Part shown: positions 1 to 12,999 of the stretch, piece after piece | How the letters are laid out: each line of letters opens with the position of its first letter | Position numbering within the stretch: position 1 is the first letter of the stretch | Assembly: GCA_951406725.2 (NCBI GenBank) | Contig: OX597820.1 | Coordinates: forward strand, 121,954,001 to 122,018,000 | Direction of reading: 5' to 3' | From: Octopus vulgaris | Lineage: Eukaryota | DNA: 64,000 nt | Notes under the pieces: model-generated | Told to the model about the DNA's origin: nothing | The model's input: the letters and a program-made list of their open reading frames with translations, nothing else | The model's database searches: none | Position numbers and translations under genes: made by a program

Positions 1-185
1 ATAATAAAAGAATTAATATATATTATATATATATTTATAGATAAGGAGATAAGGATAAGACAGATATTTAAATATCGATCTTATCAAGTGGCCAGTATGG
101 AAATAAAAAACCTTACAAATGTAATAATTATTTAAAACTAAAATAATTAGGGTATCCGAGAGATACCACCACGCTGAAATAGCAG

Positions 186-251
<66 letters not shown>

Positions 252-529
252 AAAGTAAATAAATGGCACAACGAAGTACCGATATTTACTAGAAAATAGC
301 GAACGTAATAAATACGACGCTAATGTATAGCTTCACTACGTATGTACTAGTAAAGATGCGTGTGTGCAACAAACATGAAAAAAATTGTCTTACCTCTAGG
401 AAGAACACCTGAAAAATGAAATACCTAGAAATGGATAATGTGGCACCGGTTTCAAATTCTTTTATGTATAATTTTACCCTCACGGGCTATCCTTTACTGG
501 AAAGCAATACTCTCATATTGCATTACTAT

Positions 530-564
<35 letters not shown>

Positions 565-653
565 AATACAAGAAATAATATTTCTCTTTTCTAATAGAAA
601 CAAAATAGTTTATAGGAGTGCAAAAGAAGTGCTCAAATATAAAGGAGACAAAG

Positions 654-1739
654 ATAAAGAAGCATTGGATAAAAGAGCAAACATTAAATTTGGGTCAACG
701 ACTTTACACACCATCCCTCAGACATTTAATCATATATAAAAATCCCCATGAGTCACAAACACATAAAAATAATAATTGTAAGTTCTGTGTAAAGGAATCC
801 CTTGCCCTCCTTAAGTCATTTGGGCCAAAAACTTTGAATAGATTTACTGAGGTGATCCCTTTTTGCAACCATGGGTTTTCGTCCACCTTTTTGAAAGAGT
901 ATAGAAATAAAAGTAGAGGTAATAAAATTGTTTAGCGTAACTGGGATTTGAAACCGGCGACGTTGAATTTCTGTTAACTACAGCCACCTAAATGTTTAGC
1001 TATAGACATTTTTTTTAATTAGAAAATTTAGACGAGTCCATTTATGGGTTTTTCTTTTAAATTATATAAGATTTTCATTAAAAGGTATAAGCTTTTTTTA
1101 AAAAAAATTTGATCTGTTCGTGTCTCCTGTTTATCCTGTTGGGGCGGGGGACATCGCCGTTATGCACTTTAGTGTAAATAAACTGCGGCGGGTGAGCTCC
1201 CGAAATGTCCAGAGATATATGTGAATGTTGAATTTGACCTGTGAAGTCTGCTCTTTATGAACTTTTGGACGTACTTGTGTGGAGGGAGTAAATGACTTTT
1301 TCAAGAGGTAGGTGAATTTGAACTGTGGAAGTCTGTTTACTTAGGAACTTTGGACGTCTTTGTTCAGGTAAGTAAAAGACAATTTTCAAATATTATTTTT
1401 TTAAAAATCTTTTAGTAATTTTTAAAATATATTTTAATCATCTGATAAAACTGTTTTAGTCGGTGGATATTTGTTTTTATTTTTATCTTTATTTGTCTCT
1501 TAGGTTTTTTGGTACTTTTTGAATTTTTAGCCGTTTATATGTAAAATTTTTGATTGGCCGTTCTATTTGTATTTTATTCTATTATATACTTTTATCTTTT
1601 TTGTGATCTTATATGTATTATTTTTATGTGTTTGTGACCCATGGTATTTTTATATATGATTAAGTGTCTGAGGGGTGGGGTTGTGTGTAAAGTCGTTGAC
1701 CCAAATTTAATGTTTGTTCTATAACCAATGCTTCTTTAT
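654..1739. mobile_element. Penelope-like element (PLE) remnant with ~120-bp inverted terminal segments
   Basis: 654-774 is the diverged reverse complement of 1616-1739. ORF 618..935 (+) ends NCKFCVKESLALLKSFGPKTLNRFTEVIPFCNH, resembling the C-terminal CxxC...LN...E...CxH motif of PLE GIY-YIG endonucleases. Confidence 0.6.
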
Positions 1740-1757
1740 ATATATGCATATTTACAT

Positions 1758-1864
1758 GACGGGCTTCTTTCAGTTTCCATGTACCAAATCCACTCAGAAT
1801 GCAATGGTCGGCCCTTGCACAAGGTGCCATGCCGTGAGATGAACCTGTAATCATGTGGTTGCAT
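1758..1864 (-). mobile_element. Degenerate fragment of tRNA-derived SINE family A
   Basis: Matches gacgggcttctttcagtttcc...ccaaatccactca...catgtggtt of the fuller copy at 20510-20910. Confidence 0.6.
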
Positions 1865-1869
1865 AAATG

Positions 1870-2205
1870 CGTACATACATTTATACATGCATGCATGCAT
1901 ACAGACATGTATGCATACATACATACATGTATGCATACATAGATACATACATACATACATGTATGCATATATACATGTATGCATACATACATACATGTAT
2001 GCATACATACATACATACATACATACATACATACATGTATGCATACATACATACATACATGTATACATACATACATACATGTATACATACATACATACAT
2101 ACATGTATACATACATACATACATGCATGTATGCATACATACATGCATGTATGCATACATACATGTATATATGTGCATTTGTGTGTGTGTATTTATGTAT
2201 GTATA
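1870..2205. repeat. Compound (CATA)n/(TACA)n microsatellite
   Basis: Direct reading; explains the overlapping YVCM/HTYI ORFs. Confidence 0.95.
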
Positions 2206-3129
2206 TAATCCAAATATTAGGACAAAGAAATACTTTAACACATACTAAACGATCAGTTAAAATTGTTTCAGTACCATCCCAGCTTTCAACGCCAGTTCAC
2301 GCTAAAGTTCAAAGTGAGAATTTGCGGTTTTAAATATTAGAGCGTCGCTGCCTCAGACCTGCGTCAAATGTACGCTGTTACATTGGGCCCATATATAAAT
2401 ATCCATACAGAGAAACGGATGTTAGTGTTCGTCTTGATATGTTTATGATTGTGTTTCAATAATTTTGACCTTAGAAGAAGAGGGAGCAGCTGAGAATGAT
2501 GAGGCTATACAAGTTACATCCAACTCCACTTTACTAAAGTTTTGTCACTATATTTCTCATTTTTTCCCCTTCTTTTGGTGGTGGGGGAGTTTAAAATACC
2601 CATTTTTACACATAAAAGTTTTCTTGTTCTCAAAACACTTCATAGGAATGCATTTTAGCGTATAACATAGAAACTGAGAAAATCGGTTTCGCGTTACGGA
2701 ATCCCGCTTTAAGGAAAGACATTTGGGAACAAATTTAGGAATGACGTGTATACACATACACAATACATACACACAGACACACACACATACATACATAATA
2801 CACGCACACACATACATACATACGTAAATACATACATACATATATATATCAAATAACCAATTTTCTTAAGTTGGTCATGTTATGTTTATCTTACATTTTA
2901 TATCACGTTATAATAAATTGTTAGATTGTCAATTGTTATTTTTCTATTCAATTTATCCTTTGAACTTTGTATTTATACCCATATTTCTGTGGTAGTCAAC
3001 TGCGGTACCAGTGAATTGGATGTTCTACCCAACTCTTTGAAGGAATCGTTTTTCCTTTATTATATATATATATATATATAAGCATAATTAAATCTCAGAA
3101 TGAGATTGAAACAGTAATCGCTCGATAAG

Positions 3130-3275
3130 GTAAAGTATAGAAGCCATCTTATCATGGCTAACCACATTGGGGAGGGGGTGTTACTGTAGCTTTATAGATC
3201 TCTTGAGGCTATAAAGCTACAGTAACACCCCTCCCCAATGTGGTTAGCCATGATAAGATGGCTTCTATACTTTAC
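3130..3275. repeat. Near-perfect fold-back inverted repeat (68/67-nt arms, 11-nt loop) between (TA)n tracts
   Basis: 3130-3197 is the reverse complement of 3209-3275 apart from one G indel; loop atctcttgagg. Confidence 0.95.
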
Positions 3276-3461
3276 ATTATATATATATATATATATATTT
3301 AAATAATGAGGGAGATAAATTGAATACTAATTTAATTAATATCAATTTAAAACCAGTAGCCTAGCATATCAAAATCTGAAAAATCAGAAAAAATTCCAGT
3401 ACATGTGTATATACACAAAATTTCAATACAGTTGTGTACACACACACACACACATATATAT

Positions 3462-3810
3462 ACTCTTTAATCTTTTACTTGTTTAAAATCGACCCCGGGA
3501 CTTATTCTTTGTAAGCCTAGTACTTAATCTATCGGTCTCTTTTGCCGAACCGCTACGTGACGGAGACATAAACACACCAGCATCGATTGTCAAGCTATGC
3601 TAGGGGGACAAACACAGACACACAAACATAGACACACACATATATACCACTGGCTTCTTACAGTTTCTGTCTACCAAATCCACTCACAAGGCTTTGGTCG
3701 GCCCGAGGCTATAGTAGAAGACACTTGCCCAAGATGCCACGCAGTGGGACTGAACCCGAAACCATGTGGTTCGTAAGCAAGATACTTACCACACAGCCTC
3801 TCCTGCGCCT
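3462..3810 (-). mobile_element. tRNA-derived SINE family A
   Basis: Minus strand begins ggcgcaggag..gctgtgtggtaag, with B-box-like gggttcagtccc and CORE-like cttgggcaagtgtctt; high identity to the copies at 16893, 20510 and 35215. Confidence 0.85.
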
Positions 3811-3841
3811 ATATATACACACGCACACACACACACACATA

Positions 3842-4838
3842 CAGGGGTTGGACAAAAGAATGGAAATTCCTTAAAATTTCAAACAAATTTAATTCAATAT
3901 AGGGTAGGACCACCTTTGGCTGTAATTACAGCTTGACTTCTAGGAGCTATGGACTCGTGCAAAGTTTGAATTGTTTCCAAAGGAGGTTTTGTCCATTCTT
4001 CATCTAAAACAGTCTCCGGTTCTTGTAGTGATGATGTTTGAGGATATTGACTCCTTACTTGTTTTTCTAAACTGTACCATAAATGTTCAATAATATTGAG
4101 ATCTGGGGACTGTGGTAGCTAGATAAGATGTTCAACTTCACTAGAATGCTCCTCGTGCCATTCAGTAACAACTTGGCCGGTGGTTGGAAATAAGGTAAAT
4201 GATAACTCGTCCGAGAAAATAACATTCTTCCACTTCTCTAGGGACCAATTCAGTAGGTTTTTACTCCACTTTGAACGCTTTGCAATGTTTGTTTTTAAAG
4301 TAGTGGTTTTCTGATTGCAGCCCTCCAGTGAAATCTGGCTTTGTGAAGCTGCTGTCGAACAATTTTTGCGGAAACTGTGTTCTCGAGGTGGTCATTAAAC
4401 TCTGCAGTAATTCTGGGATCTGTAATTTTGTGGTCCTTTCTAACAATTCGCGTTAAAGTCCGACGGTCCCTATCTAAAACTTTTGGTTTTCTTCTGGAGT
4501 TTTGTTTCGACGAGGAGGTTTTTCCCTCTTTCTCAAAGACTGTCATTACTTTCGAGACAGTACTTTTGATACACCAAACATTTCGGCTGTTTTCATTACG
4601 CCAGCGCCCACCGTACAAACACCAGCAATTTGACCTCTTTGAAAGTCCGATAGATCTGTCATTTTAAGGAATTTTAATAACCTTTTTCTGGTGACATCTA
4701 AAAAGAAACAGCCATTTTAGCAAAACATATTAAGCAACATTAATTATAAATCAAAAAACGTAAAATAAACAAGCTTTGGTTTTATAGATATTTCAAAATT
4801 ATGATGCAACGTGTTTCCATTATTTTGTCCAACCCCTG
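3842..4838 (-). mobile_element. Tc1-family DNA transposon, internally deleted, disrupted transposase
   Basis: TIRs CAGGGGTTGGACAAAA (3842) / TTTTGTCCAACCCCTG (4838), with TA at the left end. ORF 4295..4618 is a Tc3-type HTH (RDRRTLTRIVRKDHK...RAAIRKPLL). Downstream out-of-frame KWKNVIFSDE and QSPDLNIIEHLW motifs. Confidence 0.92.
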
Positions 4839-4844
4839 CATGTG

Positions 4845-4886
<42 letters not shown>

Positions 4887-6093
4887 GAGAGACAGATACA
4901 TACATATGTACACATATATAGACACACACGCATATATGTGTATATAAACAGTTACCTATCTAGCTAAGCATAACATGAATGATGAGAAATACAAAGAGAT
5001 AAGAATAAAATGGATAACTAAATAATTGCAAGCACAAGATCAGTTTACGGAAACAGTTGCGAAAAAAAAGGAAAAAAAAAAATCACTATCGAAGGACGTC
5101 AGTCGCCTCTGAACTTTCACATCAACCTAATATTTATAGACGTGCGTGTGTGTGTGTGTGTTTGCGCGAACCTCTTTATATAAAAAATATATATAGGTCT
5201 CTGCATGTATGTATGTATGTGTGTATGTATTTACGTAGAAAACAAAATGCAATGTTCGTATATGAAAGGCACTAATAAGTCTCCATCTGATTATGTTTGA
5301 TTGAGTCTAATATAATTTCCTTTCACGTGTAGCAGTGGAGGATGTAACAGATGGTAGAGATAGACATTTAAATGTGGAGATATTATCCTCCGGAAAGATA
5401 AATGACACTTAAATGGAAAATGCGATTAGGATTCTTGATGGAGTTATCAGCAACGATAAAAGCCCGAAGTAAAAGCTTTGTGGTATTCGCTTACATCACT
5501 GTGTGTTGTGAGATCAAAATCCGTTTGGAGCCCAATACCTCGATCCAGCCAGAACCCATAAAGCAAAGATTAGCAGAGATAATCGCATCAACTGAACACT
5601 TCGAGCTAATATTTGTAACCAGGTGCCAATGATAAAGAGGAGTGGCAGAATCGTTAGAGCATCGGACACACGTGTCTTGTGTACTATGTTCCGTCTCTTT
5701 ATGTTCTCATGAAATTATGTTCCAATGAAGTGCTGGTGTTCCGCCCCTCCACAACCCCCAGCTTGCCCCTCTGTTGGAAATGTTACTCATGTCTGCAACG
5801 GTGAGCTGTAGTTCCGTCGTCATCGTCCTCATTGAAACTCGTATCACAACCCCCAACTGTCTTTGTCCGGGTCAACTTTCACGTTCGTGTCTCGTACTCC
5901 TTGCCGTTAAATTCACTGCGCCTTGATCACCATCGAAATCGTTGTTGCTCCACTGTTCACAAATCCGACAGGTTTAAGACGCTTCCAGGTGATTGCGAGT
6001 CCATAGGAGAGAGTTTGGCTGAAATCTTCGATCTCAGAATATGCACACACATTCATTCCTACATGCGCATGTATACATGTGCACATGCACACG

Positions 6094-6192
6094 ATAATAA
6101 TAATAATGATAATAATAATATTAATAATAATGATAACAATAATGATAATAATAATAATGATAACAATAATAATGATGATAATAATAATAATA
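6094..6192. repeat. (AAT)n/(GAT) microsatellite, 5' flank of the LINE insertion
   Basis: Direct reading. Confidence 0.9.
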
Positions 6193-6194
6193 AA

Positions 6195-8118
6195 TGCAGA
6201 GGTACCAAGATTCAACACCTGGTGTACAAAACTGTAGTTAGAGACTGCAAGTGGAGGAAAACTAGCTTAGCCATGTCATGTATCGATTATTGTAAGGCGT
6301 ACGATATGATCCCACATTCTTGGATTATGGAGTGTATGAACCTGTTTGGTATTGCATCGAATGTTGAGCGATTGCTTGGAAAAAGTATGGCGAATTGGAA
6401 GACGGAACGGACAGCATATGGAAAGACTTTAGGGACAAAAGAAATGAGGAGAGGCATCTTCTTATGGGACTTCCTGTCCCCACTCGTCTTTGTACTGTCT
6501 ATGGTATCAGTAACGCTGATTCTGAGGAAAGCAGAGGCTGGGTATGTATTCAAAAGCCACTAACAAAATTTCGACCACTTGTTATTCATGGATGACCCCA
6601 AACTTAACAGTAAAGATGAATCCCAAGTCAGTTCCCTCGTTGATATGGTGTATACTTCCAGTACTGATAGCAGAATGGAGTTCGGACTGAAAAATCTTGG
6701 TGTGTCTGTCTTGAAGAGAGGCAAAATCAAATGTATGGACGGGTTAACGATACCGTCTTGGGAGGTTATGAAGCAGATAGAAGAGACGGGCTATAAGTTC
6801 TTGGGGATATGGGAAATGGATAAATTGATTGCAAAAGAAATGACAGGAAAATTTAAGGTGGAATACTTGCGCAGACTAAGATGGATCTTTAAGTCGAAAT
6901 TAAATGGACGGAAGAAGATTGAAGCTATCAACACCCAGACGGTTTCTCTCCTTAGATATGGAGTAGGAGTAATTGCATGGACAGTAGACGAACTAAACAG
7001 CTTAGACAGAAAGACAAGTATGTTACTAACTAGATATGGGATACTCCACTCAAAATGTGACACAGATAGACTGTATGCACCAAGAAAAAGAGGGGACAGG
7101 ACTGATTGGATGCGAACACAGCATTAGAGCAAAAGAAAACAATATAGCATGATATGTAAAAAATGCCACAGAACCACTATTATTAGAAGTAAGGTCAAGC
7201 TTGAGTGGGATGGAAGATTGCAAAGATGAAGTCATTGTAGAAACAATTGAGAATGAATGAAACTGAAAATAGGTGGATAAAGAAAAGAATGCATTGACAA
7301 TTTCATGGGGATGCAGAAGATAAGACAGACAGAGAAAAACGATAGATATGGATAACTAAAAGTGATTTAAAACCGGAAACGGAGGCTCTAATCTGTGCTG
7401 CCCAAGAACAAGCATTTAGAACCAATTACATCAAATACAGAATAGACAACACATCAGAAAGTGATAAGTGCAGAATTTGTGGACAAAATGGTGAAACCAT
7501 ATGACATATTACCAGTCAATGTACACCACTAGCCCGGAAAGAATCTAAGAGTCGTCATAACAATATAGCCAGGTTTGTCCATTATACACCTTGCAATAAG
7601 TATGGACTTGACAGCAAAAAAGTGGTACGAACATAATAAATCCGAAGGCATCATCGAAAATAGAAATGCCAAGATCCTATGAGATTTTATGATTCCGTGC
7701 GACCATGAGATAGAAAATAAGAAGCCGGACATAGTCTTAATTGAGAAAGAAAACAAACTATGCTGAATCATAGATATAGCATACCCAGCTGGCAATGAGG
7801 TATGTGATAAGGAAGAGAGAAAAGTCGATAGATATGACAGGTTAGCTTGGGAGGTTAAGCAGTAGTGGTCGATGAATAACGTGGTAGAAGTACCAATAAT
7901 TGTCGGAGCCATGGGAACAGTGAGCAAAAACATGACAAGTACATGGAACAAATAGGGGCTGCAATAAGGGTGGAGCACTTGCAGTAAACAGCACTGCTTG
8001 GAACCGCTCGAATACTCCGGAAGGTGCTCGAAAAGTAAGAGGTGTTACCTTAGTTCACTGGTAGGGAATAGCTGACGCTGTAATACATCTCCAGCGTTAG
8101 AAGCTGTGCAAAGACAGT
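6195..8118 (+). mobile_element. 5'-truncated Dong/R4-clade non-LTR retrotransposon (RT plus restriction-like endonuclease), pseudogenised
   Basis: RT motifs IDYCKAYDMIPHSWI, RGIFLWDFLSPLVF, LFMDDPKL and YKFLGI; CCHC knuckle CRICGQNGET..HITSQC; RLE motif KPDIVLIEKENKLC..IDIA; ends TARILRKVLEK*; (TAA)n tail 8118-8155; many stops and frameshifts. Confidence 0.93.
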
Positions 8119-8119
8119 A

Positions 8120-8156
<37 letters not shown>

Positions 8157-8242
8157 TCATTATAAATCTTGCCTAAGTTGCGTGACGGAGAGCTTTCACA
8201 ATGCAGACACATAACTGGCTGCGAGTGTTGTGTGTGTAAGGA

Positions 8243-8303
8243 TGTGTGTATAGATGAGTGCGTGTGTATAAAAATTATACACACGCACTCATCTATACAC
8301 ACA
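8243..8303. repeat. Perfect palindrome, 29-nt arms, 3-nt loop
   Basis: tgtgtgtatagatgagtgcgtgtgtataa-aaa-ttatacacacgcactcatctatacacaca. Confidence 0.95.
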
Positions 8304-8407
8304 GTTATCCTGTTTACATCAGTTTACAGGTATAATAATAAATATTCGCGCGCGTGTGTGTGTAAATTACATATATACACATGTATATATATATACACAC
8401 ACAAATG

Positions 8408-8459
<52 letters not shown>

Positions 8460-8784
8460 TACATGTAATTTACATACACATATATATATATATATATATA
8501 TATGAATTACATATGTATATATATATACATACATTTATAATTTATGCATGTATACACATATTTATGTATAGACACGCATACATATACATACCTACATATA
8601 TATACATATGTAGGTATGTATATAAGTACGTATGTGTATAGACAAATAGATAGATGTGTATATGTCTGGGGTGGTATTTGTGTGTGTGTGTGTGTGTGAG
8701 CATGCGTGTGTTGCGTGAGTTGCCTGCCTTTCATTTTGTCGATGAAAGCAACACATTACACACATACCGCACCCATACACTCCA

Positions 8785-8839
<55 letters not shown>

Positions 8840-10415
8840 CTTTCTACATACCAATACACATACCACAAACATCTACCGCATGCCTGCCAACACGCCTACC
8901 TCTCACGCATACATATAAAGATTCAAACATGCCACATAGATATAAATACCCACACCACGTACAAACTAAACACGCCTACCACACACACACACATACACAC
9001 ACATTCACTTAACATAGAGCTACCTGCCGCACCCACCCACCCACGACCACCACCGATGCCTAACAGTTTATTCGTTAATGAAGTAGCTGTGTTCTAGCGC
9101 AAGAACAATGCTAAATGGATTGAAGATGAAACGCTTCGAGTTGGCCTATCACTTCCTGATTAGTTAAGAGAGTTGACTCAAAGAAACACACTTTTGATAG
9201 GAACTCATTAGTTCAAGCAAGCATGTCGTCCTTTTCAGAATCTATTCTAGCAATGGCGGAATTTGATCAGACACAGAGACGATGGCGAAGTTGTTGTTAT
9301 TGATGCCGGCTGGTGTGTAGTAAGGTGTTAATATTTGTGTGTGTGTGTGGTGGGGAAGGCACACTTGTTACTGTAGAAAATTACTTCGTAAATAAATGCT
9401 GTAATGCATGTGTGAGCATTTTATGTTTGTGTGTGGATGTGTGTATGCAAGTGCAGCTGCATTCGCGTATGCTTGTGTAAGAGAGAGAGAGAGAGACAGA
9501 GAGACTGGCAAAGAGAAAGGGGGGAGAATGAGAGATAGACAGATGGACAGAGAGAGACGGAGAGAAAAGGTGAGAAAGAGAGAGTAAGTAAAATATGTGG
9601 TTCTGATAATGGGTGAGTGTATATACATATCATCTTTCTTGTGTGAACGCCTGAACCCATGTGTATGAGCAAAGGGAGTGGAAGAGAGGAGTGACGGAGA
9701 AGCAGTACGTGGTTCTGATGTTGTTTATGTTTCCTCGTTTCTGTTCGTGATTCTATTTGTATATTCGTTTTTGTTTATCTTGTGAATAGGTTCCAGCTTT
9801 AACATTTGAATGATAGACAGGACCTATTAAGAGGTCTCACCAAGTCACGTGGACCCACTCGGCTTTTAGCAGAGTCCGTTCTGATGCAACCGTTTAGACC
9901 AGTCGCCCATATAACGGTAACTTTCTCTACTCCACCAACCAATCGGGGACGCTTCAAAAAGGACCATAGACCTGCCTTTCCTCCTCTGAGGAGATTAATC
10001 TCAACAAGTTTGTCTTTCTTTCATAAATTCCTTTAATCCTTCACTCACACATCTCTCAATTGATCTTTTATCGATCAATCGATCTTCCTCTTTAGTAATC
10101 TATTTATCGATAGATCGGCCATCCATCCATTTATCTATCTACCCAACAATCTAAATATGTGCCATTCATACTTCTACGAACACCACACCCGCTCACATAA
10201 TACACAAACCCGCCACTCTATGCATCCATTCTGGAGCATTCTATAAACATAATTACTGTTATTGTTGTTGCTGTTGTAACTGCTTTCACACAATATAACC
10301 ATTATCTCCATGATTACTACACACGCGCTTGTGTGTGTGTCTGTGTGGTGCATGTGTGTTTGTGTGTGTACATCGGCGTATAAGTTTGCTTTAACAGAAA
10401 TCTATGCATATATAA

Positions 10416-10468
<53 letters not shown>

Positions 10469-10733
10469 TACAGAAGCTAATCACCCGTTTTCTATATTAA
10501 CGCAAACACATGCTGCTGTAATGTATTCATATAGTTAGGTCGTATCATAAATATGAAATATTGATATGTAGCCTGAAACCTCCACACAAATAGAGGCGGA
10601 TGTGTATTGCCACACCATAAAACAGACACTTTACACAGGCGCACACTCGGTCTATAGTGAACCGCAAAATACAGAAAGAAAATTTAGGAACAAAACTGAC
10701 TCAAGTTGAGCTTTCTTCACCTCACTTCATTAA

Positions 10734-10929
10734 CCCTTTGTTATTTAAGCCGGACGTGTATCCAGTCAAAGCATTCTGCCTGTTTTATGTTCAAAATGGT
10801 CAGCTCTGATCTTTCACACCCACCCAACAATGTCATTCTATAATTAAACAAAGCCAAGCAGTAATGCATGATTAATTCAAAACAGTGTGAAAAAATAAGT
10901 ATTACTTTTGACAGTATAATGCTGAAGAG
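10734..10929. mobile_element. piggyBac-type MITE (TTAA target)
   Basis: TTAA|CCCTT...AAGAG|TTAA termini (TTAA at 10730-33 and 10930-33); non-coding ~200 bp; TIR is degenerate. Confidence 0.5.
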
Positions 10930-11034
10930 TTAAAGTTAATTATTTGGAAAGTATCTAATTATTATAAAAATATAAAAATGTGTCATTCATTTGGGTAAAA
11001 GAGTCGGAGTGAAATACTGGTAATGTCTTAGTTT

Positions 11035-11462
11035 GTGCCCAATTCACGTAGATATATATGCCCGACACACTACATGTCTTGCAAACAACTTGCACATGCA
11101 AGTGCTACCAGTCAAAAACTCCGCATACCGGAAGCCAGCAAGTGTATGGGGTCATCAGGAGAGAATGCGCGCCGTTTCGGGGCCTACATCTCGACGGCAT
11201 CAATGCGCACCTTACTGATATGAGCCCTCGCTTGCTAGATCAGCTGGTTATCAAATAAAGCTCAATATTCTTCTAGCCATAGCTCATCGTCTCTTTTTAA
11301 CCAAATCCAGTGACTAGCCTTCTCCACTGTAGATTGGATATCGGTCATGGTGGTATTGACTTTACAATGAGTTAGGCCTAGCGATAACAACAGTCGTCTC
11401 ACACTGTGTCCTACGAACCCTCTACATCCGACTTCGATTAAAATTAAAAAAAGAACTTGCAA
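11035..11462 (-). mobile_element. 3' end of a Hero-like RLE non-LTR retrotransposon plus 3' UTR
   Basis: ORF 11262..11462 IEVGCRGFVGHSVRRLL...VEKASHWIWLKR matches the C-terminal signature of Hero-clade elements. Confidence 0.75.
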
Positions 11463-11811
11463 GTCTCATGCTTAAATGAACCTGGAATTACTATTAAAGA
11501 TTGAACCTTAGCAAATATTATTTCAGTCGCTTCCGTTGCACATAAATTACAAGGCCTTTTATGATACCATTTATAGGATTTGATCTTTGGCAGTCATCCA
11601 TTTGATTTCGTAGTAGATGTACATGTTTATCTTTCAAGCTCCAGACATAAGCTGAAAGTATTGTCGCATTTCTTTTCAGGTTTCGAAATGAATGGCTGAA
11701 TGTGGTTTTTTAACAGTGTTCCTGTAAAACAATCGTAAAATAACGATGTTTCTTGAGTAAAGAAAAAAGTATTGGCTTTAACGTTGACACTTCCATTTTA
11801 AATGGTAGATG

Positions 11812-12214
11812 GGATTTTTTCGGTTTGAACGGCAGTTTTCTAGCGGTGTCATATGAGATTGTCACTCATAATTATGGCCCTAGTATCGATCTATTATATT
11901 TCAATCTATTTTAGGGTTAGGGTTGGTTAGGGGTGGGGGAAGGGTATCTTTTTTTTCTTCACAAATGTAAATAAACGCAATTTGTTTTTTAAACAAGGGA
12001 CAGAATGTTGTTTACCTCAATGGACGTCACTGATTGGTTGAAATTGCAGAAATTGAAGAAAAGAACAACAAATATCTTATAAACTATAGAATTTTCTCAA
12101 TAAAGCCAAGAGAAAAAGATGTTTTATAATCATATTCTACCAGTATACGAAGTTTTAAATTTTTTAGTTACCTAGAAATTATGTTAAAAACTGCCGTTCA
12201 AACCGAAAAGATCC
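11812..12214 (+). mobile_element. Merlin-type MITE carrying TTAGGG repeats, copy 1
   Basis: TIR GGAT(C/T)TTTTCGGTTTGAACGGCAGTTTT; 8-bp TSD GGTAGATG (11804-11811 / 12215-12222). Confidence 0.9.
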
Positions 12215-12596
12215 GGTAGATGATATCAAGTAATACGCCCAGGTCTAATCCTGTTAATTATTCTCAGGTAATCCTTACCTGACAACTGAAATAATTTCAA
12301 TGTGATAATTAACCAATTTTCTCTTATGTTGTTCGGATAGTTCCAAAATATATTCATAATTATTGGTCTCGTGTAGATTAAATTTGGGTAAAATAATTCA
12401 TTCAGAACCACATTGAAATTATTTCCGCAGTCCTAAGTTGTAACTTTACTTAAACGAGACAGTGAAGCCGGAACTGGAGTAATTTTTGCACCTAAAATTC
12501 TTTAGAAGAATCCTCATTGAGATTATATTCTTGCTTAGTGATATATGTGTCTTACTTTTAATTTAGGAGCGACCATACGCCTCTGTTTGTGTAGGT

Positions 12597-12797
12597 CAGT
12601 GCTTTTCAACCTTTTTGCTGGAGCGGAACCCCAAGGAAACATTCCACTGGCTCGAGGAACCCCTGTGCAATAATTTAATAGTCTTATGCACACATATCTG
12701 CACAGGAGAATTAAAAATTACTGCTGATTTTAGCAGTTTTGTAACTTCTTGTGGAAACCCTGGACTGTACTGGCGGAACCCTGGTTGAAAACCACTG
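12597..12797. mobile_element. hAT (Charlie-like) MITE
   Basis: TIRs CAGTGCTTTTCAACC / GGTTGAAAACCACTG; perfect 8-bp TSD GTGTAGGT; GGAACCC subterminal motifs. Confidence 0.9.
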
Positions 12798-12999
12798 GTG
12801 TAGGTGCTTGAGTTTAAAGGTTGACATAGAAATTATGTGACGATACGTAACCAGACGAATCTATAAGTTCACCTAAATCTAGAGACGAACGATAAGACTA
12901 CCTGGGTATTTGTATGCGTGTATTTAAGGGTGGACAGATTTCTGTATTAAGGCAGGCGTACATTTACTAATACATACATCCACATATATATGTCATGAT

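Noticed and set aside
430-500. Minus-strand GAAACCGGT as a hammerhead relic
   Set aside because: No intact CUGANGA core or pairing stems; too degenerate to call.
1660-2333. Long overlapping ORFs rich in YVCM/HTYI (also at 30000-31000, 38500-39700, 41100-41800 and 63200-64000)
   Set aside because: Stop-free translations of TA/CA/CATA microsatellites in several frames at once; not genes.
5832-7127. Intact or domesticated reverse transcriptase gene
   Set aside because: 5'-truncated, with multiple stops and frameshifts and a degenerate QGD motif; the ORF start runs through unrelated sequence and (AAT)n.
11910-11940. TTAGGG repeats as a telomere or fusion scar
   Set aside because: Only 2-3 units, and an internal part of a multi-copy MITE with TSDs.
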